A stretch of DNA of 64,000 nt, taken from IMG/VR virus record IMGVR_UViG_3300023179_008905, positions 12,131-76,130 of that record. One strand, given 5' to 3'. Source of the stretch: a virus. Below, piece after piece: positions 38,819-47,085 of the stretch. The stretch's first letter is position 1, and each line of letters starts with the position of its first letter. The notes under the pieces were generated by a model. The model made no database searches and was not told the DNA's origin. It saw nothing but the letters and a program-made list of their open reading frames with translations. The position numbers were made by a program, and so were the translations under genes.

Positions 38819-39490
38819 ATGTCCTTTCGTCTACTCGTAGAAACACCTGCTCCAGAAGAGCAGTTTGAATATATTCTAGAGGAAAAAAATCCGAAAGAAC
38901 CAGCTAAGCTTCATATTCAAGGTCCTTACATGATGTGTAACGAGGTTAATCGCAATCAACGCGTTTATGAAAAGACTGATATGGAGCGTGAAGTTAGCCG
39001 ATATATTAAAGAAATGGTTAATACAAAGCGCGCTATGGGCGAATTAAATCACCCTGCTTCTGCAGAAGTAAATCTTGAAAGAGCTTGTCATATGGTTACA
39101 AATTTAAAAATGGAAGGTAATATTGTATATGGTAAATCGCAAGTGCTCTCTACTCCTATGGGACAGCTTGTTCGCTCTTTAATTAATGACGGGGTTAAAG
39201 TAGGAATGTCTAGTCGCGCACTAGGTAAGTTAAACGAAGAAACTGGTGGCGTTAACCGCGTAACTGATATGAGGTTAGTAGCTATTGATTGCGTCGCTGA
39301 TCCGTCGTGCCCTACTGCCTTTGTAAACGGTATTTTAGAGAGCAAACAATTTTTAGTTGCATCTAATGGTAAGCTTGAAGAAGTTTTTGATAGGTTAGAA
39401 AACTCAATATCTAATCTACCTCGTAAAGACGTACAAGGTTTTTTAAAAGAACAGATTTTGACGTTTTTTAAGTTTTTAAAGACGTCATAA
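38819..39490 (+). CDS. gp21: prohead core protease, T4 gp21-like
   Basis: NRNQRVY, AMGELNHP, STPMG, GMSSRALG, DCVADPS. Confidence 0.95.
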   Translation: MSFRLLVETPAPEEQFEYILEEKNPKEPAKLHIQGPYMMCNEVNRNQRVYEKTDMEREVSRYIKEMVNTKRAMGELNHPASAEVNLERACHMVTNLKMEGNIVYGKSQVLSTPMGQLVRSLINDGVKVGMSSRALGKLNEETGGVNRVTDMRLVAIDCVADPSCPTAFVNGILESKQFLVASNGKLEEVFDRLENSISNLPRKDVQGFLKEQILTFFKFLKTS

Positions 39491-39529
39491 AAAAATGGAA
39501 AATATACTTGTTTAATAATAAATAATAAT

Positions 39530-39715
39530 ATGGCCAAAAAAGACTTAAAGAAAAAAGCTAACAAAAAACAAGTTAATGAGAATCATGAATTAATTAACTT
39601 TATTAAGTCTATTTCTCAAAAAAATTATTCTGAGGCTAATAAATATTTACAGAACATTGTCGATTATAAGTTAAAAGCTAAAATCGGTGATGCTCTAAAA
39701 GAAAAACTTTTTTAA
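39530..39715 (+). CDS. small prohead core protein (putative)
   Basis: Position between gp21 and gp22; TAAATA box; FIKSISQKNYSEA helix. Confidence 0.55.
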   Translation: MAKKDLKKKANKKQVNENHELINFIKSISQKNYSEANKYLQNIVDYKLKAKIGDALKEKLF

Positions 39716-39718
39716 TTT

Positions 39719-40603
39719 ATGGAAAACAACATCACAAAGATACTGAGAGAAGCTACAAAGGATATCCTTACTGAGGATGTTCTTAAGGAAATTGAAGCTG
39801 CTTTTGATAGCACAGTAAATGAAAGAGTACAGATTCACGTAGAAAAAGCTCTTTCTGAACAAGATGCTGATTATTCCAAGAAGCTAGAAACATTAGTAGA
39901 AGCTATCGATACTGATCACACCAATAAGCTTAAAAAAGTTGTTGAAGCTATTGATGCAGACCGTGCTGCTAAATTAAAAACAGTTGTTGAAAAGTATCAA
40001 AAAGCTCTTAATGAAGAGGCTAAAAATTTCAAAGAGAATATTGTAGATCAAGTTAGCAAATATCTTGATTTATATCTCGAAGAAAAACTTCCTTTAGCTG
40101 ATATAAAGGAAGCTGTGAAGAACAAGAAAGCAGTTGCTCTTCTTGAAAGTCTTCGCTCTTCTCTAGCCGTAGATATGGCATTGTCGAAAGATACTATTCG
40201 TGATGCAGTTATCGAAGGCAAGAAGAAAATAGATGAAGCTGCTAGTCAGCTTGAAGCCGCAACCTCTACTGTTGCAAAACTTACTGAAGAGAATAAGAAA
40301 ATGGCTGCCTCTCTTTTACTCGAAACAAAGATAACCGATCTAAGTGAAGATAAAAAGACATACATGAAGAAGATGCTTGGAAGTAAGTCCGTAGAATTTA
40401 TCAAAGAGAATTTTGATTATACATTAAAGCTTTTTGAAAAAACAGAAGAGGAGAGGCTTGCAAATCTAAAGTCTGAAGCTGTAGCTGAAACAGTTACAGC
40501 TCATGTTGATCGTCCTGTAATTGAGGAATCAGTTACAACTTCTGAATCTGTTGAAGACGATCGTTCTTTTGGCGCTTATCTTAGCGAGCTTAAGAAATAT
40601 TAA
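39719..40603 (+). CDS. gp22: prohead core scaffold, T4 gp22-like
   Basis: Acidic coiled-coil, IVDQVSKYLDLYLEE, immediately upstream of the major capsid gene. Confidence 0.8.
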   Translation: MENNITKILREATKDILTEDVLKEIEAAFDSTVNERVQIHVEKALSEQDADYSKKLETLVEAIDTDHTNKLKKVVEAIDADRAAKLKTVVEKYQKALNEEAKNFKENIVDQVSKYLDLYLEEKLPLADIKEAVKNKKAVALLESLRSSLAVDMALSKDTIRDAVIEGKKKIDEAASQLEAATSTVAKLTEENKKMAASLLLETKITDLSEDKKTYMKKMLGSKSVEFIKENFDYTLKLFEKTEEERLANLKSEAVAETVTAHVDRPVIEESVTTSESVEDDRSFGAYLSELKKY

Positions 40604-40682
40604 TTTTTTAGATTTTGTTAAGAGTCTAGTACTCTGAATAGTTATAAAATTGGTCGACATATTATTTGTTAAGGATTTATAA

Positions 40683-42173
40683 ATGGCTAAACAAATTCGT
40701 CCTACACAGGCTTACATCGATGAATCTCGCGCTAAGGTATTGCTCGAGAAGTGGGGTCCAGTATTGGATTACACTTCGGACAATGTCCGCGCAATCGAAG
40801 ATGATCATACTCGTTTAAATACCGCCATCCTCTTGGAAAACCAGGAGAAGTGGTGTTTCGAAGCTAGTAATATCGCCGGTGGTTCCAGCTCTGTCTTTAA
40901 TCAGGCAGGCGCTGGGCTACCTAATGTTGGTGGTACAGGTGGAGTATTCCCCGGTTCCCCTAACGATACTTACGCTCCTAACGACACTCGTCTTCCTAAG
41001 ATTCTAATTCCGATGATTCGCCGTACGTTCCCTGAGTTGATCACCAACGAAATCGTTGGCGTTCAGCCCATGAGCGGTCCAGTAGGTCTCGCTTTTGCCC
41101 TCCGTTATAAGTACGAAGCTGATGCTTTAGGTTCTCAAGTTAACAGCGGTGATGCTGCTCCAAACGTCTCTGGTCCTACCAGTGGCTGGACAAACAAAGC
41201 CGATGGTGCAGAACTTGGCTATCAGTACCTCGACACAAGATACACAGGTCAGTCCGCCTCGGCCCTTTCGGGTCTAGGTACCGGAAGTGACTTTGAAATT
41301 CTTGGTCAGGACCAGGGTGTTGCTCAGTTACTAGCTAACTTTGAGTTAACATCAAAGATTCCTCAGATTGTCGTTTCTTTCGAAAAGACAGCTGTTGAAG
41401 CTGGTACTCGTAGGTTATCCGCTCGTTGGTCAGTAGAATTAGAGCAGGATCTTAAGAATATGAATGGCATCGATATCGATACCGAACTCACAAACGCAAT
41501 GTCTTATGAGTTGCAGGCCGAAATCGATCGTGAAATGATTATTCGCATGATCCAGACAGCTCTAAACGCCGGATACGGCACAGGTTACTCCGTATGGAGC
41601 CCTGTCTCCGCAGACGGCCGCTGGCTCGTTGAGCGTAATCGTGACTTCTATCAGAGACTAATCGTTGAGGCTAATCGTATTGCTGTTCGTAATCGTCGTG
41701 GTGCTGCCAACTTCGTTGTTGCTACACCTCGCGTTTGCGCAATCTTGGAAATGCTCCCTGAGTTTCAGTGGGCACCAGTCCAGGGCAATGTCAATACACA
41801 GCCCGTCGGTGTTGCAAAAGTAGGCTCGCTGGGTGGCAGGTTTAACGTTTATCGCGATACACGTACTGAAGCTCAAGCTGAAGCATCCACAGGTAATTTC
41901 CCTGCTGGTGCTACACGCTCGATTCGCTTAGAGTACGCCCTCCTTGGTTACAAGGGACCTGAATTCTACGACACTGGTATCATCTATTGTCCGTATATTC
42001 CGGTAATGGTTCAGAGAACTATTGGTCCTAACGATTTCTCCCCTCGTGTTGGTCTATTAACCCGTTATGGCGTTGTAGATAACATCTTCGGAGCTAATCT
42101 TTACTACCACGTAATTATTCTGAAGAATCTCGGTACTGCGTTTACCCCGGGAACTCAGTCGGTTTACTTCTAA
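40683..42173 (+). CDS. gp23: major capsid protein, T4 gp23-like
   Basis: LLEKWGPVL, LLENQ, IVGVQPMSGPVGLAFALR, AEIDRE, GYKG..YDTGIIYCPYIP, TRYG. Confidence 0.97.
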   Translation: MAKQIRPTQAYIDESRAKVLLEKWGPVLDYTSDNVRAIEDDHTRLNTAILLENQEKWCFEASNIAGGSSSVFNQAGAGLPNVGGTGGVFPGSPNDTYAPNDTRLPKILIPMIRRTFPELITNEIVGVQPMSGPVGLAFALRYKYEADALGSQVNSGDAAPNVSGPTSGWTNKADGAELGYQYLDTRYTGQSASALSGLGTGSDFEILGQDQGVAQLLANFELTSKIPQIVVSFEKTAVEAGTRRLSARWSVELEQDLKNMNGIDIDTELTNAMSYELQAEIDREMIIRMIQTALNAGYGTGYSVWSPVSADGRWLVERNRDFYQRLIVEANRIAVRNRRGAANFVVATPRVCAILEMLPEFQWAPVQGNVNTQPVGVAKVGSLGGRFNVYRDTRTEAQAEASTGNFPAGATRSIRLEYALLGYKGPEFYDTGIIYCPYIPVMVQRTIGPNDFSPRVGLLTRYGVVDNIFGANLYYHVIILKNLGTAFTPGTQSVYF

Positions 42174-42233
42174 TTGAAGTACATCGGTTAAGAAAAAAGA
42201 AAACATTTTCACCTAGTAAGTCCTAGGAAATTT

Positions 42234-42266
42234 AAAAAAGGGCCTCTTGCGGGGCCCTTTTTTTTT
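42234..42266 (+). terminator. intrinsic terminator after gp23 (possibly bidirectional)
   Basis: A6-GGGCCTC-TTGC-GGGGCCC-T9. Confidence 0.9.
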
Positions 42267-42309
42267 GAGCAGATATAAAAAAACTCACATGCGAAGAATA
42301 AATATTTGT

Positions 42310-42690
42310 ATGGCATCATTAGTATTTTTAAACACAGTAGTCGACCCAACAGCTACATTTCCAGTATCTTTAAATCTTTCGCTTACATCTAACGGAGTAG
42401 ATATTTGGACGCTAGGAAGTAACGCAGTCGGATTACTTTTTAATGCTGTATCTCCTTTAGCAGGAACAACAACTCTTTACTCTGTAACTGCTAATAATAT
42501 TAAAACAGTATTTAGAGCAGACGATGCTTATGATGGAACTGTATTTGCTTTACAGTTAAAAGACGGTACTTCTTCAACATTTACACTAGCTCTAGCTACA
42601 CCGAATGCCCAAACTTTAACTTCTAACGGCTTTGATTCTGTTGGGCCAGAAAAACTTCGTAAGTGGGGTCAGGAAAACGGCGGACTATAA
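42310..42690 (+). CDS. putative virion/capsid decoration protein
   Basis: ATG 42310 lies 5 nt after TAAATA; S/T-rich beta composition; follows gp23. The upstream TTG start overlaps the terminator. Confidence 0.55.
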   Translation: MASLVFLNTVVDPTATFPVSLNLSLTSNGVDIWTLGSNAVGLLFNAVSPLAGTTTLYSVTANNIKTVFRADDAYDGTVFALQLKDGTSSTFTLALATPNAQTLTSNGFDSVGPEKLRKWGQENGGL

Positions 42691-43605
42691 TTACTGTCTT
42701 ACCGTCTTAGTAAAATACTTAAACTCGTCTATTAAAGCCGTATCTAATAAGCTATAGTTACTAGCTCTTGTTGGATTAATATCGATACCACCACGTCTTA
42801 CATATAGACAACTTACTACAAGCTCTTCTGGTTTAAACAATCTAAACAACCGCATATAAATTGTCTCACAAATCTCTTCATGAAAATGACATTCATCTCT
42901 AAATGAGACAATATACTGTAAAAGAGATGTCTGATTAATCTCATACTTTCCTTTATAATGAATATAAACATCGCCCCAATCAGGTTGTGAAGTTACCCTA
43001 CAATTACTTTTTAATAAAGCAGAATGAAATCTTTGTACTCTAGATTCAGGGATCTTTATTGCAGATAAAATAGAAGGATCCTCAGTATATGATTTAGATT
43101 GTATCATTGTAACATCAATATTATTTTCTAATGTAGGGTAGTCTTTATTCGAAAACACCGGGGGATAATACAAATCATCCGATACTGCTGCAGCAGATCT
43201 TACATAGACCTTCACATCTGTTTCCAAAAGATTAGATAGATCTCTTGCAATTGTATTTTGCAATTCATTTAAAACTTGAATCATATTACCTTTAAATACT
43301 TGCATGTTAAAAGAATTCATATATAGCTTAATAGATTTTGATTCAACTATATAATGGTTTTTACAAGGATAAACAATTTTAGCTATAGCGGCTATAGGCA
43401 TTCCTTCTGCAGTCAGGCACGATACTTCATATGCATTCCAAATATCATAACCACCAAACGGGGCGTTTTCATCAGTTATATCTAAATGCTTTCTATTATT
43501 AATTCTTGGTTCACGGACTAACAGAGAAGGGTCGTAAGTCGACTTATAACCAGTTACCTTACCTAAATGCTTTGAAATGTTACTATTATCTAATACCTTG
43601 TTCAT
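42691..43605 (-). CDS. queF: NADPH-dependent 7-cyano-7-deazaguanine reductase (two-domain type)
   Basis: GYDIWNAYEVS, IVESKSIKLYMNSFN, LLKSNCRVTSQPDWG, FHEEICE, RRGGIDINP; ATG 43605 preferred. Confidence 0.93.
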   Translation of the reverse strand: MNKVLDNSNISKHLGKVTGYKSTYDPSLLVREPRINNRKHLDITDENAPFGGYDIWNAYEVSCLTAEGMPIAAIAKIVYPCKNHYIVESKSIKLYMNSFNMQVFKGNMIQVLNELQNTIARDLSNLLETDVKVYVRSAAAVSDDLYYPPVFSNKDYPTLENNIDVTMIQSKSYTEDPSILSAIKIPESRVQRFHSALLKSNCRVTSQPDWGDVYIHYKGKYEINQTSLLQYIVSFRDECHFHEEICETIYMRLFRLFKPEELVVSCLYVRRGGIDINPTRASNYSLLDTALIDEFKYFTKTVRQ

Positions 43606-44170
43606 GTAGTTTAATTTTAATCTGTTCCATTCGTTCTTCAACTGTTCCTTTTAAAAACACTACTCTTTCTCTCCATGGGTGTTGATTAAGATAATAATTT
43701 TCATACTTATCGATAATTGCATCTCTAAACTCTATATCAATACTCCTCTCACCATCGCTAACTAAATTAATCTCATGAGGATTCGGATAAAATATAATAT
43801 CATACTTAGTAAAAAAATTATGCCAATAATTTTTCGCTTGATCGTATGATAATCTTGAAACCCGTCCCTTTTCAAAAAAGTATTCTGTATACACTAACCC
43901 ATCTAGTAAACATCTATCATGTACAGTACCCTTACACCATCCACCCATACTACCGCATGTAAACAAATTCTTTAGTTCCTCGTTTATTATTAAAAGCTGT
44001 GTTACATCACTTGCACCCTCTTCATTAATCGGTACGTTACATTCATCTCTTATTTTCCTAGTAACTTCGTTAATATAAAAGAATTTATCAAATATACCTC
44101 CACTGCTTCTCATTGTCTTAAGCAATGTCGTTTTACCAGAGCACTGAGGACCTGTAAACGTAATATTCAT
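43586..44170 (-). CDS. P-loop nucleotide kinase-like protein (AAA_28/NadR-like)
   Basis: FTGPQCSGKTTL, HDRCLLDGLVYT, DGERS, GTVEERM. Confidence 0.75.
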   Translation of the reverse strand: MNITFTGPQCSGKTTLLKTMRSSGGIFDKFFYINEVTRKIRDECNVPINEEGASDVTQLLIINEELKNLFTCGSMGGWCKGTVHDRCLLDGLVYTEYFFEKGRVSRLSYDQAKNYWHNFFTKYDIIFYPNPHEINLVSDGERSIDIEFRDAIIDKYENYYLNQHPWRERVVFLKGTVEERMEQIKIKLHEQGIR

Positions 44171-44319
44171 TTCTTATTCCAATCAACACCAAATAAAAGA
44201 TTTTTTAATATCTTTATTTCTTCTAAAAATACTTTATTTTCTTGCTCAAGCTCAGCCAAAAGAATCTTCAATCTCTTGACTTCATCATTCTTTTTTCGAA
44301 AAATATCTAATAAAGACAT
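44167..44319 (-). CDS. 50-aa coiled-coil protein (not in ORF track)
   Basis: MSLLDIFRKKNDEVKRLKILLAELEQENKVFLEEIKILKNLLFGVDWNKK; ATGA overlap with the kinase gene; own promoter. Confidence 0.6.
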   Translation of the reverse strand: MSLLDIFRKKNDEVKRLKILLAELEQENKVFLEEIKILKNLLFGVDWNKK

Positions 44320-44324
44320 ACTAT

Positions 44325-44353
44325 AGTATAAATGACTTTTTATTATTAATCAA
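44325..44353 (-). promoter_or_regulatory. sigma70-like promoter TTGATT-N17-TATACT
   Basis: -10 ends 5 nt before ATG 44319. Confidence 0.6.
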
Positions 44354-44354
44354 G

Positions 44355-44702
44355 CTATTTACACCACTTTTTTCTTTTCACAATTTCAGCAATTATACAG
44401 TATACCGATGTATCACTAAATGCATCAAAGATAGGCTCATTAGCAGATTCAAACGTCTTCTTACGCAATACTAAATTAATTAAACGCTGAATTTTATCGT
44501 TAAGTCGAACTACGATTGCAGAAATAGAGGCAATAATATCTTCTTTCTTGTGTAAATCAGATCCCAGGCTTATGTTGTGCGGCCCGTAATCAAATTGCTT
44601 CTTACAGAATGTTTCGTATTGCTCTTTTTGAATCTTTTTAAATTCCTCGCAAGTCTCAGGATACGTAGACTCTACACTTTTAATATAATCTTCCGGGTTC
44701 AA
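44355..44702 (-). CDS. DUF1599/Nmad1 nucleotide-modification-associated protein
   Basis: FCKKQFDYGPHNI...VRLNDKIQRLINL...EPIFDAFSDTSVYCII. Confidence 0.8.
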   Translation of the reverse strand: MNPEDYIKSVESTYPETCEEFKKIQKEQYETFCKKQFDYGPHNISLGSDLHKKEDIIASISAIVVRLNDKIQRLINLVLRKKTFESANEPIFDAFSDTSVYCIIAEIVKRKKWCK

Positions 44703-45670
44703 ATTCTTACTCCGTAACCAATCTTATTTAAATTAAGAGCATTTAAATTGCAACCCCCAGCATAGCTGATTGCGCTCTGAAGATCTTGAGTTATTTCTAA
44801 TAGCTTTTCATCGTAAGTAAATGAATCGGTTTCCATAAGCTTCATTGTACCTTCTATGTTCTTTTTATCAATCTTATTATGTATACTAGCAGAACCGTAA
44901 TACTGTTTATACCGTCTCCCGTTAGTATCTTTTACAACCGGTGCAGGGCTATCCGTACAAGCAGCAAATATAGATCCGCACATAACCATACTAGCCCCAG
45001 CGACTAGCGCTTTAGCTATATCACCGTTGCAGCGAACTCCACCGTCTGCAATAATAGGTACATCAATATCTGAATTATAATTATTTGCACACTCCATAAC
45101 GCAGCTAAACATAGGATATGTAAACCCGGTTTTGTCTTTAGTAGTACATGCATGACCACCACCGATACCAACTTTAACTGCATCAGCACCTGCAAGGGCA
45201 AGATATTCAACACCTTTACGTGTAGCTACATTACCAGCTATTATCTTTGTTTCAGGTAGTTTATTTTTAATAAACTTTACTTGGTCAGCAACTTTAGCAT
45301 GATGCCCATGAGCCACATCAATTGTAATAAAATTTACTCTTAATTTATGTCGAGATATATTGTCAATTAACGCTTTATCTTTTTCCTGTATCCCTACACT
45401 TATAGATACATAATTGAAAAAAGCTTCATTTGCATCTCTTACAAACGCAAAAATATCGTGATCAAACCGATGCATAACATAAAAGTAATATTTCGAATCT
45501 AACGCTTGACAAATATCAAAATCTATGCAGCATTTCATATTTGCTGGGATAACTGGAAGACGAAAATTTTTATCTAAAAACTTTACCTCTGTACTAATTT
45601 CTGCCCTCGTCTTAACCGAATTAAAATTAGGCTTAAGAAAAACGTTTTCGTAATGCAGAGAAATGTCCAT
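44699..45670 (-). CDS. guaC: GMP reductase
   Basis: PVIPANM, YVMHRF, TIDVAHGH, IAGNVAT, VKVGIGGGHACTT, IIADGG, YYGSAS, DLQSAISYAG; no CBS domains. Confidence 0.9.
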   Translation of the reverse strand: MDISLHYENVFLKPNFNSVKTRAEISTEVKFLDKNFRLPVIPANMKCCIDFDICQALDSKYYFYVMHRFDHDIFAFVRDANEAFFNYVSISVGIQEKDKALIDNISRHKLRVNFITIDVAHGHHAKVADQVKFIKNKLPETKIIAGNVATRKGVEYLALAGADAVKVGIGGGHACTTKDKTGFTYPMFSCVMECANNYNSDIDVPIIADGGVRCNGDIAKALVAGASMVMCGSIFAACTDSPAPVVKDTNGRRYKQYYGSASIHNKIDKKNIEGTMKLMETDSFTYDEKLLEITQDLQSAISYAGGCNLNALNLNKIGYGVRI

Positions 45671-45671
45671 A

Positions 45672-46241
45672 CTAGCGATTTAAAATATTATATGCTTTAA
45701 AAAAGCTTTTCCACAAATCAAATGCAACGTCATGTAAAATATTATAGACTTCATTTAATGTTTTACTCTCTATCGATACCCCTTGACTCATCATAATTTC
45801 ACCCTCATCAACTTCAGGCACTACTTTATGAATAACGCAACCAGCTAATTTATAGCCATTTACAAACGCTCTCTCCTGAGGATTAAACCCTTTTAGAGAC
45901 GGGTACTTGTCAATAAGCCCGGGGTGTAGATTATATATTTCATATTTTTCACATATTTCTTTTGGAACAATACGTAAATAGCCGTGTAAAGTTATAACTG
46001 GATTTTTAAATTTAGATAATACTTCTGTATAATCTTCTAAAGAAGGTTTTAGAGGTAACATATACCATATAGTTTGATTGAGTTTATGCTCTCTAAAAGT
46101 AGTTGTACGAAGCAAATCTTTATTTACATTATCCGTTGTAATTTTATTAGTAACGATAGCATCAGGATAAACTTCTAAGGCTTTACAGAGATTATTAATT
46201 TCTGTACCGGTCTGTGAAAAAAACGCTACCCAAGGTCTCAT
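45672..46241 (-). CDS. PurN-like formyltransferase, candidate preQ1 formyltransferase (DpdN-like)
   Basis: FFSQTGT, LHGYLRI, YNLHPG, GCVIHKVVPEVDEGEI; in an operon with TGT-like gene and near queF. Confidence 0.8.
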   Translation of the reverse strand: MRPWVAFFSQTGTEINNLCKALEVYPDAIVTNKITTDNVNKDLLRTTTFREHKLNQTIWYMLPLKPSLEDYTEVLSKFKNPVITLHGYLRIVPKEICEKYEIYNLHPGLIDKYPSLKGFNPQERAFVNGYKLAGCVIHKVVPEVDEGEIMMSQGVSIESKTLNEVYNILHDVAFDLWKSFFKAYNILNR

Positions 46242-47050
46242 CTATATAAAATGCGCTTAAACATTTTAACATTATAATTTAAAATTTCCAATTGATCTGG
46301 TGTAAATTGATGCTCTATTAAATCTGCTAATTTTGTCTTAGGTTTAGTCTGTAGACCGTATTCTGCATCATAACGCATATTATGAATAGCTGCGACTACA
46401 GGGTTACTCGTATCACAACTTACAATATTATATACATTTTTATCAACATAAAATCTAAACTCTTTTGCAAGAGAGCAGCCTAATAAATGATGAGGCTTAT
46501 TCCATTCCCATAACCCTGATTCAATTAAATCTGTAATAAATCTCTGTCGTCCTGAACAAAACCTTTCTAGCTCAGTATTACCCTCACCTATTGTTTGATA
46601 ATAACTAAAATCAAAACTTATAGCTACCATGTCAGCATCAAATGACATAAAACGATAACAGTTTTTTAATTCTTGCCATGTCTTACCCTGTACTGCTCCA
46701 ATAGCTTTAGTCTGAAATGATGATTTTAAATCCTTAGCTTTATCTCTAAAGCTTAAAAAACTCACCATCGTTTCTTGCGAATTTTCCAAAACATCTGGAA
46801 CAATAAACATACTAGGCTCAAGATCTTTTGCGGCTTGATAAAACATTTGCGGATCAAAAGCTTTTCCAAGCTCAAATATTGAATTATCGAGCAATACTTC
46901 TCTGTTATATGTATTTTTGGAGGCTTTAAAAAAATTATAATATTCTGGATATTTTTGAAAAAGATGAACTAATGCATAGTCAAAATCATTATATTTTCTT
47001 GATTGTTCTAATAATGAAATAGGAGATTCATGAGATACTTTCAATAGCAT
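46238..47050 (-). CDS. TGT-fold 7-deazaguanine transglycosylase-like protein (DpdA3-like)
   Basis: LLDNSIFELG, PDVL, GAVQG, HHLLG, SCDTSNP correspond to TGT/DpdA barrel motifs. Confidence 0.7.
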   Translation of the reverse strand: MLLKVSHESPISLLEQSRKYNDFDYALVHLFQKYPEYYNFFKASKNTYNREVLLDNSIFELGKAFDPQMFYQAAKDLEPSMFIVPDVLENSQETMVSFLSFRDKAKDLKSSFQTKAIGAVQGKTWQELKNCYRFMSFDADMVAISFDFSYYQTIGEGNTELERFCSGRQRFITDLIESGLWEWNKPHHLLGCSLAKEFRFYVDKNVYNIVSCDTSNPVVAAIHNMRYDAEYGLQTKPKTKLADLIEHQFTPDQLEILNYNVKMFKRILYR

Positions 47051-47056
47051 AATTAT

Positions 47057-47084
47057 ATTATAAATGTAAATAATACTATATCAA
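47057..47084 (-). promoter_or_regulatory. sigma70-like promoter TTGATA-N16-TATAAT
   Basis: -10 ends 6 nt before ATG 47050; overlaps a plus-strand TAAATA for the gp5-like gene. Confidence 0.65.
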
Positions 47085-47085
47085 C

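Noticed and set aside
44699-45670. IMP dehydrogenase (guaB)
   Set aside because: Short length without CBS domains, and PANM / DLQSAISYAG motifs fit GMP reductase
45672-46241. purN for de novo purine synthesis
   Set aside because: No other pur genes in the window; coupled to a TGT-like gene and near queF, favouring base formylation
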